Positions 18,079-28,254 are shown, numbered from the stretch's first letter. The stretch: DNA of 64,000 bases from Endomicrobiia bacterium (GCA_025059805.1 JANXDG010000050.1:18157-82156); one strand, 5' to 3'. Notes: a model not told the origin generated them from the letters alone. Made by a program: numbers and translations.

Positions 18079-18535
18079 TATGAAAAAAAATATTTCAATG
18101 GTTGATATAACAAACAAACAACAGACATTACGTAAAGCAGTAGCTAAAGGAAGAATTTATTTTTCAAAAAAAGTTTATGAGTTAATAAAAAATAACGAGA
18201 TTCCAAAAGGTGATGTTTTATCAGTCGCACAGGTTGCTGGTGTGCTTGCTGCAAAAAATGTTTCTCACATCATACCTTTGACACATCCTATTAATATAAC
18301 TTACTGCAGGGTTACACCAAGCTTAGGAGTCGCTAATAAAAAATATTACTGTGATGTAATAACTGAAGTACAAGTTGAAGGTAAAACCGGTCCTGACATT
18401 GAAGCATTATTTGCCTGTGTGGTAAGTTTAGTTACAATTTATGATATGATAAAACAATTTTGTCCTGAAGCAAAAATTGACGATGTAAAACTTATATCAA
18501 AATCTGGCGGAAAAACAAATTTTTTAAGAAAATAA
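18071..18535 (+). CDS. moaC: Cyclic pyranopterin monophosphate synthase
   Basis: 154 aa. MVDITNK...PLTHPI pattern typical of MoaC. Overlaps moaA by 8 bp. Confidence 0.8.
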   Translation: MDSMKKNISMVDITNKQQTLRKAVAKGRIYFSKKVYELIKNNEIPKGDVLSVAQVAGVLAAKNVSHIIPLTHPINITYCRVTPSLGVANKKYYCDVITEVQVEGKTGPDIEALFACVVSLVTIYDMIKQFCPEAKIDDVKLISKSGGKTNFLRK

Positions 18536-18544
18536 AACTGCTAA

Positions 18545-19210
18545 CTATAACTTAGAAACATCTATTCTTGGATAACCAATATCAGCAACAACAACTTTAC
18601 CTAAAAATAGCTTTGTGGTTTTCTTCACAAAACCTTTTTTTAATGCTCCCATCGTAATAGTATAATCAGCCTTTACAGCTAATCCTAACACATCACCTGT
18701 GTCAGCATTAATCCCTGAAGGAATATCAATAGCAAAAACAACCTTTTTTGAATTATTAATTAACCCTATAGCGTCACGAAATACACCTTCAACATCACGT
18801 GATAATCCAATACCGAAAATCGCATCTATTATAACATCGCTTGTACTAAGTAATTTTTTAATTTTTGCCTGTTCAAAATTCTGTATCGTAATACCTAACC
18901 GTTTTAAAATTTTATAATTTATCAGAGTATCACCTTTATATTTCTTTTCTGGTATAAACTTAACTACTACAACTTTGAATCCAAAAATAGATAAATATCT
19001 TGCACAAACAAAACCGTCCCCACCGTTCTTTCCAGGACCACAAAAAACTATAACATTATGAAGATCGTTTTTTATCATATACTTTCTAATGAACTCGGCG
19101 GATAACCGTCCCGCGTTCTCCATCAAAATTATTGATGGTATCAAAAATTTTTCCGTAGCAAGTTTGTCAAGTTTATAAATTTCTTCCGAAGTAAGATAAT
19201 ATTTTTTCAT
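18545..19210 (-). CDS. NAD(P)H-hydrate epimerase (YjeF N-terminal domain)
   Basis: VIVFCGPGKNGGDGFVCARYL motif of YjeF_N. Confidence 0.75.
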   Translation of the reverse strand: MKKYYLTSEEIYKLDKLATEKFLIPSIILMENAGRLSAEFIRKYMIKNDLHNVIVFCGPGKNGGDGFVCARYLSIFGFKVVVVKFIPEKKYKGDTLINYKILKRLGITIQNFEQAKIKKLLSTSDVIIDAIFGIGLSRDVEGVFRDAIGLINNSKKVVFAIDIPSGINADTGDVLGLAVKADYTITMGALKKGFVKKTTKLFLGKVVVADIGYPRIDVSKL

Positions 19211-19233
19211 AATTAGAGAGTTTTAGGATTTTC

Positions 19234-20964
19234 CTATCTACGCTTCTTTAAAAATTTACAAAGTTGAGAATACGACATTGTATTAACCACATCTTTTTTC
19301 TCAAGCCAGCCACGACGTGCTACATATACACCTAAAATAAGATATTCCATTTGTGAGATATGATGTGCATCAGTTCCAATTGAAAGCATTACACCATGTT
19401 CCTTCGCATATTTTGAATTTACATCATCTAAGTCAAGCCGTTCCGGGAAAGCGTTTATTTCAAGCATAACATCATTTTTGCCAGCGTATTCTATTATTTT
19501 GGAGATATTAACTCTGTAAGGAGAACGTTTATTTAATAATCTTCCGGTAGGATGTGAAATAGAGTGAACATATTTATTATCAATAGCGCGCATAATACGT
19601 TCAGTAATTTGTTCTTCTGACTGTTTAAACCCTGTATGTATTGCTGCTATTACAAAATCTAACTCTTTCAAAACATCGTCGGGATAATCAAGTTTACCAT
19701 CAGAGGTTATATCAACTTCTTGTCCACAAAGGATTTTTACTTTACTTGTCTTATTTATATTTCTTATTTCATCAATTTTCTTATACAAATCCTTAATTGA
19801 AACACCACCTGCTACTTTCAAACTTTGTGAATGGTCACATATTATAATCCATTCATAACCTAATTTTTCTGCATACTCTACAATTTCTTTTATTGTATTT
19901 GTTCCATCTGAGTATTTTGAATGAATATGAGTATCACCTTTGATATCTTTCATCTCTAACAATTTAGGTAGTTCACCTTTTAATGCATATTCAATTTCTC
20001 CCCTATCTTCTCTTAACTCCGGCTCTATATATTGTAAGTCTAAAATTTTATAAATTTCTTCTTCAGTTCTGCCACAGATAGGTTTATCTTTTCTACCAAT
20101 CTTAAACACTCCATATTCGCTAAGAGTTAATCCTTTCTTATTTGCAATTTCTCTTAAATGAATGTTATGTTGCTTTGAACCTGTAAAATACTGCAATGCA
20201 GCACCGTATACTTCTTTTGGTACAACTCTAAGGTCTACCTGAATGTTGGAATCTGTCAATATACTTCCTTTAGTGTCACCGCTTGCCATCACTTTTTTTA
20301 CCATAGGCAATTTTGTAAATTTTTCAATTATATATTTTTCCTTCCCTGGTACAACACAACATAGAATATCTATATCACCTATGGTTTCCTTTCTTCTACG
20401 GAGAGAACCACAAGGATCTATGTTTACTACCTCTTTGTTTTTCTTTATCTCTTTTAATATCTCTTCAACAGTTTTCAACGCGTCAAACAACAGTAATCTT
20501 TGTTCCGAAACTGACAAAAGTTGTATCCCTTCAACAATATTTTGTTCAACCTTTTCCCCAAAACCGGGTAAATTCCTCAACATACCTTTCTGTGCATATT
20601 CTTTAAGAGTTTGTATATCTTTCACCCCGAGTTTTTCATAAATAAGACGAACACGTTTTGGTCCTAACCCAGGTATTCGTAACATATCAAATATTCCTTC
20701 GGGGAACTTTGATTTAAGTTCTTCTAAACGTTTAATTTTGCCTGTTTCAAAATACTCTACAATTTTTTCTGCTATACTTTTCCCAACACCAGGAATTGAT
20801 GAAAGCTTATCAAAATTTTTTGCTAAATCCTCAATAGCTTCAGGTAACGATTCTATCACCTGTGCTGCTTTTTCATAAGCACGAACTTTGAATGGATTTT
20901 CATCAGTTAAACTCAAAAGTTGTGCTATAAGATAAAACTGTTCTGCAACTTCTTTATTTCTCAT
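19234..20964 (-). CDS. polX: DNA polymerase X family protein with C-terminal PHP domain
   Basis: N-terminal HhH/Pol-beta-like region (GIGKSIAEKI, GLGPKR), nucleotidyltransferase GSLRRRKETIGDIDIL, C-terminal PHP (HIHSKYSDG). Confidence 0.8.
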   Translation of the reverse strand: MRNKEVAEQFYLIAQLLSLTDENPFKVRAYEKAAQVIESLPEAIEDLAKNFDKLSSIPGVGKSIAEKIVEYFETGKIKRLEELKSKFPEGIFDMLRIPGLGPKRVRLIYEKLGVKDIQTLKEYAQKGMLRNLPGFGEKVEQNIVEGIQLLSVSEQRLLLFDALKTVEEILKEIKKNKEVVNIDPCGSLRRRKETIGDIDILCCVVPGKEKYIIEKFTKLPMVKKVMASGDTKGSILTDSNIQVDLRVVPKEVYGAALQYFTGSKQHNIHLREIANKKGLTLSEYGVFKIGRKDKPICGRTEEEIYKILDLQYIEPELREDRGEIEYALKGELPKLLEMKDIKGDTHIHSKYSDGTNTIKEIVEYAEKLGYEWIIICDHSQSLKVAGGVSIKDLYKKIDEIRNINKTSKVKILCGQEVDITSDGKLDYPDDVLKELDFVIAAIHTGFKQSEEQITERIMRAIDNKYVHSISHPTGRLLNKRSPYRVNISKIIEYAGKNDVMLEINAFPERLDLDDVNSKYAKEHGVMLSIGTDAHHISQMEYLILGVYVARRGWLEKKDVVNTMSYSQLCKFLKKRR

Positions 20965-20966
20965 AA

Positions 20967-21038
20967 AGTTAGTTGTTTAGGCGTTTAGTTGTTTAGGCGT
21001 TTAGGCATTTAGGCGTTTAGTTGCTTGAATGTTTAGGA
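20967..21038. repeat. Tandem octamer repeat (GTTTAGGC / GTTTAGTT), about 9 units, in the spacer upstream of polX
   Basis: Direct reading: gtttaggc gtttagtt gtttaggc gtttaggc atttaggc gtttagtt gcttgaat gtttagga. Confidence 0.9.
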
Positions 21039-21779
21039 TATTATTTGAGTAAACCTTATTGCATCATCGTACATTGTAGAGTTGTTAAACATTACATAAT
21101 TAAGATTTTTATCACATAACTTATAAACTTTTTTAAGTTCTTCATCAGTAAATTGATAGTTATAATCAAGCCGATTACCTATGTGTAAACCATGTAAGCG
21201 ATAGTATCTATATTCTCCGTAATAAGATCTACCATATAATGGATCAACACAATGAATCAGATTTAATTCACTTGCAATTTTTCTTATAACCTTTTCATTC
21301 CATTCTTCGCCACGAAGTTCTATTATAAAATCAAAATTATACTTTTGTCTATCCTTTTGTACTTTTTTAAAGAAATTATAAAGATTTTTTAAATTCATAT
21401 CTCCAGGTGTAAAACTTGACGGACATTGAAATAAAATTTTTCTACATCCAAGTGCTACTGCAAAATCTTTTGTTCGTTGCCAAGCAGTTAAAACTTCATC
21501 TGTCAGCATAAAAAATCCATAGTTTTTTGGTTCACCAAGTTTTTCTTTCATCCTGCGGTAAGTAAACGATGTTGCTTTATGTGTGATAACTTGCCATGCT
21601 TTAATAATAAACTCAAAATTAGGATTTCGTTCCTCTGCTTCCTTTCTCCATCGTAATGCTGATTTTACTGGCGGCAGTTGATAAAATGTTGAATTAATCT
21701 CAATACAAGGAAATTCTTCATAATATTTTTTTTGTGCGATAGGGAAACCACAACATCCTATCATTATTGTTTTCTTCAT
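21033..21779 (-). CDS. DUF72 (UPF0759) family protein
   Basis: MIGCCGF...FYQLP N-terminal signature of DUF72/YecE-like proteins. Confidence 0.65.
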   Translation of the reverse strand: MKKTIMIGCCGFPIAQKKYYEEFPCIEINSTFYQLPPVKSALRWRKEAEERNPNFEFIIKAWQVITHKATSFTYRRMKEKLGEPKNYGFFMLTDEVLTAWQRTKDFAVALGCRKILFQCPSSFTPGDMNLKNLYNFFKKVQKDRQKYNFDFIIELRGEEWNEKVIRKIASELNLIHCVDPLYGRSYYGEYRYYRLHGLHIGNRLDYNYQFTDEELKKVYKLCDKNLNYVMFNNSTMYDDAIRFTQIIS

Positions 21780-22645
21780 GTATTGAATTTTTTATACAAA
21801 ATTTCTACAAAACTTACAACCAGAAACTCATGAAAGTGAGTCGATTAATTGTTTCCATTTTTGTTTCTCTTATAATATTTAACATACATTTATCTGCATT
21901 CAACTTTTTAATTAATATCATCTACGGCATACTTCCGCAACCAATACGTAGCGCATTTAAAGGTGAAGGATTACAAATTGACCAGTTTGAATACGGATTC
22001 GGCAATTGTAACTTCTCATCATTAGGTTATCTCCAATCTGAAATAGACCACAGAGAGGGCACTCTTATTACTGAAGAAGAAGGTAAGTTCAAATTTAGTG
22101 TTCCAACTTATTATCTCTACGGAGGGTACATCGCACATGTATCAACACCAATACTAACAGTTATCTATCCTGGCTGGCAGTTAGAGACTGAACTTGGTTA
22201 TGGCGGTGTCGCATATAGTGTTAGGCTAAGAGAAAAAAATCAACAGTTTTTTGTAACAGGTACTTCTGGTTTCAACTGGCGCGTGTTTAAATCAAACAAA
22301 ATTACTGCTAACTTACTTACAGGATATAAACTGCATTATTTACTCAAAGAACTTCTTTATTATGGTATACAAATAGGCAATAGCATAACAAAAAAATTCT
22401 CTCTCTCCTTTGAATATTACACCACTTATAGAGGTGGTAACTTTTTTATATTTTTTGGAGAGCCAACTCGCACTGTCTCTAAAGAAACTCATTATTTACT
22501 AAGTTCAAACTTTATCCTGTCAAAGAAATACCTTCTTAAAGCCAGTGTTATGTACAAACAATGGTATAAAAAAGAATTTAGACAACCTGAAGTTGAAGAA
22601 AAACTCAACTTATACGGTATTGTTCTTGCGCTAATCAGTAAATAA
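21767..22645 (+). CDS. Hypothetical secreted or outer-membrane protein (likely start at MKVSRL, about 21830)
   Basis: Signal-peptide-like hydrophobic stretch, then Tyr/Gly-rich segments with alternating polarity suggesting beta-strands. No recognisable motif. Confidence 0.4.
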   Translation: MFSSCIEFFIQNFYKTYNQKLMKVSRLIVSIFVSLIIFNIHLSAFNFLINIIYGILPQPIRSAFKGEGLQIDQFEYGFGNCNFSSLGYLQSEIDHREGTLITEEEGKFKFSVPTYYLYGGYIAHVSTPILTVIYPGWQLETELGYGGVAYSVRLREKNQQFFVTGTSGFNWRVFKSNKITANLLTGYKLHYLLKELLYYGIQIGNSITKKFSLSFEYYTTYRGGNFFIFFGEPTRTVSKETHYLLSSNFILSKKYLLKASVMYKQWYKKEFRQPEVEEKLNLYGIVLALISK

Positions 22646-22646
22646 C

Positions 22647-23234
22647 CTAATTAACTGTTAGATTTTCAGTTTCTTTTTTCCCTTCTAAATGGAATAGTTT
22701 ACACACAATTTTGAAAATTAGATAACCTAATATAATACCTAATATCGCTCCAAAAATTACATCCGAAGGATAATGAACTCCTACATATATACGAGAAAAT
22801 GCCGACATAAACGCAACAACATATGCTATTATGGTATAGAAAGGATTTCTAAAGAATAACATAATTAATGTAGCTGCAGTAAAAGAATTGACAGCGTGTG
22901 AAGACGGGAACGATGGCCCTCCAGAAGATACCAATTTGTAAACATCAGGTAAGACCTCATATGGTCTTTGACGAAGGAATATATGTTTAAGTATTTTACT
23001 ACTTAGTATATCCGATAATGTAACAGCAACAATAATTGTCCACCCAGCAACACGAACTTTATATTTAGACGAGAAAACCATTAATAACCATAAAATCAGA
23101 AAAACGATGTAAAAATTTCTAACATCTGTAACGAATGGCATTAAAAAGTCAAAGAAATCATTTTTTATGTCATGATTTATAAAATAGAAAAGATTTATAT
23201 CAAGCAATTTTAAAAATTCTAACACCAATCTCAC
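22647..23234 (-). CDS. PAP2 family phosphatase (undecaprenyl-diphosphatase / PgpB-like)
   Basis: KxxxxxxRP (LRQRP), PSSH and SRIYVGVHYPSD motifs. Confidence 0.8.
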   Translation of the reverse strand: MRLVLEFLKLLDINLFYFINHDIKNDFFDFLMPFVTDVRNFYIVFLILWLLMVFSSKYKVRVAGWTIIVAVTLSDILSSKILKHIFLRQRPYEVLPDVYKLVSSGGPSFPSSHAVNSFTAATLIMLFFRNPFYTIIAYVVAFMSAFSRIYVGVHYPSDVIFGAILGIILGYLIFKIVCKLFHLEGKKETENLTVN

Positions 23235-23251
23235 CCCTACTAAAATGCAAT

Positions 23252-24244
23252 TTATTGTTTTGACGAAAAATGTTCGGTAAGTTTCTGGATGATATCGTCT
23301 GATTTTAACCCTTCAGCCATCGCTTGAAAATTAAGTATTATACGATGACGAAGTGCTGGAAACATCACTTCGTTAACATCTTCTACGCTGACCGTGGTAT
23401 GTCCTTTAAGTAACGCAGTAGTTTTCGCAGCTAATGTAAGTGTTTGTTGAGCTCTCGGGCCACAACCCCATTGGACATATTTCTTCACAAAGTCAGGTGA
23501 GGATTGTTCCTTTGGTCTTGTTGCTCTCACAATGTCTATTATATAATCCATCACATATTCTGTAATTGGGACCTTACGTACAAAACTTTGTATGTTTAAT
23601 ATTTCATCTTGAGTCGTAACTTTTTTAACTTCTGTTTCAACAGTACCTGTTGTTCTATATAAAATTTCTTTTTCTTCGTCTTTTGATGGATAATCAATGT
23701 TGATTTGGAAGAAAAACCTGTCAAGCTGAGCTTCAGGTAAAGGATAAGTACCTTCCTGTTCTATAGGATTTTGTGTAGCAAGTACAAAAAATGGTCGTGG
23801 CAGTTCATATGTTATACCGTTAACCGTTACTTTATATTCCTGCATTGCTTGTAATAATGCAGACTGTGTTTTTGGCGGTGTCCTGTTAATTTCGTCAGCT
23901 AAAACAATATTAGCAAACACTGGTCCAGCAAGAAATCTATAATGTCTTTTCTTAGTAATAGGGTCTTCTTCAATAACTTCAGTACCTGTAATATCTGATG
24001 GCATTAAATCAGGTGTAAACTGTATCCTGCTAAATTTCAAATCTAAAACATCAGCAAGGGTGTGAACTATCATAGTTTTTGCAAGACCAGGTACGCCAAC
24101 TATCAAACAGTGCCCTTTAGAGAGCAAAGCAATCACTAACTCTTTTATGACCTGTTTCTGACCAACAATTCTTTTACCAATTTCATTAATAATTAGATTA
24201 AACTTTTCAACAACCTCTCGTTGGAATTCTAAATCTGTTACCAT
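23252..24244 (-). CDS. MoxR-family AAA+ ATPase
   Basis: GHCLIVGVPGLAKT Walker A, 330 aa, typical MoxR layout. Confidence 0.8.
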   Translation of the reverse strand: MVTDLEFQREVVEKFNLIINEIGKRIVGQKQVIKELVIALLSKGHCLIVGVPGLAKTMIVHTLADVLDLKFSRIQFTPDLMPSDITGTEVIEEDPITKKRHYRFLAGPVFANIVLADEINRTPPKTQSALLQAMQEYKVTVNGITYELPRPFFVLATQNPIEQEGTYPLPEAQLDRFFFQINIDYPSKDEEKEILYRTTGTVETEVKKVTTQDEILNIQSFVRKVPITEYVMDYIIDIVRATRPKEQSSPDFVKKYVQWGCGPRAQQTLTLAAKTTALLKGHTTVSVEDVNEVMFPALRHRIILNFQAMAEGLKSDDIIQKLTEHFSSKQ

Positions 24245-24268
24245 TGTTCTGCCCTTTAGAAATCTTTT

Positions 24269-25957
24269 TTACATTCGTTCAGGCGCTGAAATACCTAAAA
24301 TATTTAATGAGTTATTAAATATAATTTTTGTAGCCATAACCAATAACAGTCTTGGATAAATTACCACATTACTTTTTTCTATTACACGACATCTTTCGTA
24401 AAACTTATGAAAAATTCGTGCTAAGTCAATAAGGTAATTACAAAGGTGATGTAAAGAAAGTGCCCCAGCACATAATTCTAATGTATCTTTATAAAAACAT
24501 AATTTTCTTATCAATACAATTTCTTCATCAGTAAAGTTATCATAATTTTCTAATAAATCAAAATATATCTCAGGATGTGATTCAATATCGCTTACATTTA
24601 TAATGTCTCCAACTTCTCTAATAATACCACAACAACGAGTATGTGCATACTGAATATAGTACACAGGATTTTTTAATGAATGTTCTTTTGCTAAGTCAAG
24701 GTCAAAATCAAGATGTGCATTTGGAGATTTTGTTAATAGAAAAAACCGTGTTACATCTGTTCCAACTTCGGCTATGACTTCATCTAAGGTGACAAACTTA
24801 CCCTCACGAGTTGACATTGCTACTCTCTGCCCACCTTTAATTAAAGATACCAATTGATATAGTAAAATGTCTAATTTTACATTTTTACCAATACTATCAA
24901 AGATTACCTTGCATGCACTCTTTAACCGTTCAACATATCCATGGTGATCTGTCCCCCAGATGTTTATAAGCCAGTTGAAGTTACGCTGTACTTTGTTATA
25001 ATGATATATTATATCGCTAAAAAAATATGTTGGTTCACCAGTTGACTTTATTATTACTCTATCTTTATCATCTGTCAATTCAGCTGATTTAAACCAGACC
25101 GCACCATCTTTTGTTTCTACTAACTTATTTTGGTACATCAGTTGATTAATTTCGTCAACTAGTTTTGTCTCATATAGTGAAGTTTCATAAATATAATTAT
25201 CAAAATTTACATTAAACTTTTTTAAAGACAATTCAATCTCGCCCATAATTGTGTCCACTATAAACTTTTTTACATCGTTGATGTTACTTTCACTTATTTT
25301 ACCAAATTTATCTTGTAATTTCGCAGCAAGTCCTTTAATATACTCTCCTTTATATTTCGTCTCCTTCACAACATCTTCTGACCATAGACGAATTTTTTCA
25401 TCCACAATTTCGTACTTTTGTTCTATTAACGTGTACACAACAGATGCTGTTAATACATCTATTTGCCTACCTCTATCATTTACATAGTACTCTTTTTGCA
25501 CATTATAACCTAATTTTCTTAACAAATTTCCTAAAACATCACCCAAAACTGCACATCTTCCGTGACCTATATGTAAAGGTCCTGTAGGATTTGCAGATAC
25601 AAATTCTATTAGTACTTTTTCATCTTTTGTGTCAACTTTCGGATATTTCTTCTGCTGAATTAAAATCTGTTTAAGTTCTTCATAAAAAATTACTTTTGAC
25701 AATACTATATTTATAAACCCAGGTGAAGAAAAAGTTAATTCTTTAAACATATAATCCCTAAAGTTATAAAAACAGTAATCCTTAACTTTCCCAAAAACTT
25801 CTTCTGGTGAAACACCGTATTTTTTGGAAACAACAATAGGTAAGTTACTTGCAAGATCAGCTTTTATTTCTGAAGGAGGTTCGTTAACATCAAATTGTAC
25901 ATTCCATCCAAAATTAGTAATAGCTTCATTTAGAACCTTTAACACTTTTTCTTTCAT
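24269..25957 (-). CDS. argS: Arginine--tRNA ligase
   Basis: HIGH-class motif PTGPLHIGHGR and C-terminal anticodon-binding QYAHTR. Confidence 0.85.
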   Translation of the reverse strand: MKEKVLKVLNEAITNFGWNVQFDVNEPPSEIKADLASNLPIVVSKKYGVSPEEVFGKVKDYCFYNFRDYMFKELTFSSPGFINIVLSKVIFYEELKQILIQQKKYPKVDTKDEKVLIEFVSANPTGPLHIGHGRCAVLGDVLGNLLRKLGYNVQKEYYVNDRGRQIDVLTASVVYTLIEQKYEIVDEKIRLWSEDVVKETKYKGEYIKGLAAKLQDKFGKISESNINDVKKFIVDTIMGEIELSLKKFNVNFDNYIYETSLYETKLVDEINQLMYQNKLVETKDGAVWFKSAELTDDKDRVIIKSTGEPTYFFSDIIYHYNKVQRNFNWLINIWGTDHHGYVERLKSACKVIFDSIGKNVKLDILLYQLVSLIKGGQRVAMSTREGKFVTLDEVIAEVGTDVTRFFLLTKSPNAHLDFDLDLAKEHSLKNPVYYIQYAHTRCCGIIREVGDIINVSDIESHPEIYFDLLENYDNFTDEEIVLIRKLCFYKDTLELCAGALSLHHLCNYLIDLARIFHKFYERCRVIEKSNVVIYPRLLLVMATKIIFNNSLNILGISAPERM

Positions 25958-26207
25958 AACTCACTCTTTTACCTTTACTCCAGACCTTTTCAAGCGCATA
26001 GAAATCACGTACCTCTGGCAACATTATGTGTACTACAACACTAATGTAATCTATTATTACCCATCGTTTGTATTCTATACCTTCAGTGTGATGAGGTAGT
26101 ATTTTAAACTTAGTCTTAATATTAGCAAGAATGTGTTGTAACAGAGCTTCAGTATGTGTTTCTGCTTGTGCTGACATTATAACAAAATAATCACAAAAAC
26201 TACTCAC
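25926..26207 (-). CDS. rsfS: Ribosome silencing factor RsfS (Iojap)
   Basis: DYFVIMSAQ...DYISVVVHIM...FYALE pattern. 93 aa. Its 3' end overlaps the argS start by 32 nt. Confidence 0.7.
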   Translation of the reverse strand: MSSFCDYFVIMSAQAETHTEALLQHILANIKTKFKILPHHTEGIEYKRWVIIDYISVVVHIMLPEVRDFYALEKVWSKGKRVSYERKSVKGSK

Positions 26208-26342
26208 TTTTTTAAGATCAAGGATGATAACATCTTGCGCTTTTTTATTAATGGCAAGTTTTGCTATATTTTTTGCTAAGGTAAGAGAAGTTATCCTTTT
26301 TACATTTTTGGTTTTAGTTTTTATCCCTTTTCCTCCTCTCTA

Positions 26343-27569
26343 CTATCCAGAAATTTTTGATGTAATTTCAAACATAGGTAAATACATAGCTACTACCATA
26401 CCACCTACAACAACAGCAAGAAAAACTATGATTAAAGGTTCAATCATACCGGTTAAACCTTCAATAGCAGCAGAAACTTCACTGTCGTAAAAATCAGCAA
26501 TTTTGGTCAGCATAGTATCTAACGCACCTGTTTCTTCACCAACAGCAATCATTTGTACAACCATTGGCGGAAATACACCGCTTTTCTTTAACGGTTCAGC
26601 AATACGTTCACCTTCACGAATTGACTCTCGTGCTTCTAAAATCGTCTTTTCTATAAGTTTATTGCCTGCAGTTTTAGCTACAGTTTCCATAGCCTGAAGA
26701 ATTGGTACTCCTGAACGAACCAAGGTAGCTAATGTCCTTGTAAACTTTGCAATCGCGGTTTTCTTTATAACATCGCCAAAAATTGGTGCGTTAAGTAAAA
26801 AAGTATCTACCTTTAATGCAAATTTCACATTTGTTTTATATAATCTTCTAAACACAATAACTATTGCTGCTCCTATCAAAACAAATAACAATATCCATTT
26901 CTTAATAAAAGCCGATAGGTTAACTAACATTTGTGTTGGAGCAGGTAGTTTAGCACCCATCTCTGCAAACAATGCTGCAAATCTCGGCACTACAACCGTC
27001 AACATTACAATTGCAGCACCTACAGCTACAACAGATACTATAATTGGATACATCATTGCACTTTTAATTTTTGATTTCAACTCCTGCGTAGCTTCCAAAT
27101 ATAAAGATAACCTATCAAGTACTTGGTCAAGTATACCACCAACTTCTCCAGCATGTACCATACCTATATATAGGTCAGAAAATGCATATGGATGTTTCTT
27201 CATAGCATCAGAAATAGATACACCACTTTCAATATCTGTTCTTATAGATTTTATTACATCTTTAAAAGACGGAGATTCAAATTGGTCTTCAAGGATTGAT
27301 AAACCTTGGACCAAAGGTACACCTGAAGAAACTAAAGTTGCTAACTGTCTTGAAAATATTACAAGATCTGAAAATTTAACTTTTTTCTTAAATATAGGTA
27401 GCTTATTAAGAAATGATTTTATTGTACTCTCTTTAAATTCTTTAACTTCAATTACTGCATATTTAAGATTCCGTAATTTGTCAACAACTTCTCTTGGTGA
27501 TACAGCTTCCACAGTTTCCGTTACAATTTTACCAGTAGGTGTCCTTGCTCTATAAGTATACTTTGGCAT
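26343..27569 (-). CDS. pilC: Type II secretion system F family platform protein (PilC/GspF)
   Basis: 408 aa with two repeated GspF-type domains (LATLVSSGVPL and LATLVRSGVPI). Confidence 0.8.
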   Translation of the reverse strand: MPKYTYRARTPTGKIVTETVEAVSPREVVDKLRNLKYAVIEVKEFKESTIKSFLNKLPIFKKKVKFSDLVIFSRQLATLVSSGVPLVQGLSILEDQFESPSFKDVIKSIRTDIESGVSISDAMKKHPYAFSDLYIGMVHAGEVGGILDQVLDRLSLYLEATQELKSKIKSAMMYPIIVSVVAVGAAIVMLTVVVPRFAALFAEMGAKLPAPTQMLVNLSAFIKKWILLFVLIGAAIVIVFRRLYKTNVKFALKVDTFLLNAPIFGDVIKKTAIAKFTRTLATLVRSGVPILQAMETVAKTAGNKLIEKTILEARESIREGERIAEPLKKSGVFPPMVVQMIAVGEETGALDTMLTKIADFYDSEVSAAIEGLTGMIEPLIIVFLAVVVGGMVVAMYLPMFEITSKISG

Positions 27570-27592
27570 AGCAGTTTTTAAAAAATAAAAAT

Positions 27593-28240
27593 TTACAACT
27601 TTTCTACAATATAAATGTATTCACCATTATCCACATTGGCAGCATTCGCTTCGTCAATATCAAGATGACACTCAGTCGCATATTCTTTTGATACACGGCA
27701 AATTACATCACTGAATATCGTTTCTCGTCCTTTCCCCTTACCAGCTAAAATTCTTACGTAATCTTTGTCTTTTATACCTAACTTTTCTGCATCTTGAGGT
27801 GTAAAATGTATATGCCTTAAAGCAATGATACATCCTTCGTTTAATTCAATCTTACCTTTAGGACCAATGATTATTAATCCTGGAGAACCTGTAAGATTAC
27901 CTGAATCACGTATTGGCGGTTTCACACCTAAGACAAAACTGTCCGTACGAGAAATTTCTATCTGTGTATATTTCCTTAACGGTCCTATAATACGCACATT
28001 CTCAAACTTGCCTTTAGGTCCAACTATCGTCACGGTTTCATTTGCAGCAAACTGTCCCGGCTGCATAAGGTCACGAAGTTTCGTCAGTTCAACATTTGTC
28101 CCAAACAAAATTTCAAAATGTTCTTTTGTTAAATGAACATGCCGATTTGAAACGTTTATTATTATTGGAAATTTTTCAAATTTTTCCATCTGTTGGATTC
28201 TTTGTGTTATTCTTTCTACTAAATCTTTCATATCATTCAT
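27593..28240 (-). CDS. PduL-family phosphate acyltransferase (phosphotransacetylase-like)
   Basis: Two repeats carrying SNRHVHL / LRHIHF motifs characteristic of PduL. Confidence 0.6.
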   Translation of the reverse strand: MNDMKDLVERITQRIQQMEKFEKFPIIINVSNRHVHLTKEHFEILFGTNVELTKLRDLMQPGQFAANETVTIVGPKGKFENVRIIGPLRKYTQIEISRTDSFVLGVKPPIRDSGNLTGSPGLIIIGPKGKIELNEGCIIALRHIHFTPQDAEKLGIKDKDYVRILAGKGKGRETIFSDVICRVSKEYATECHLDIDEANAANVDNGEYIYIVEKL

Positions 28241-28254
28241 TATTTATAACAAAC

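Noticed and set aside
26224-26490. 88 aa plus-strand ORF between rsfS and pilC.
   Set aside because: It overlaps the 3' end of pilC on the other strand and has a hydrophobic low-complexity translation. More likely the rsfS-pilC spacer plus antisense pilC sequence.
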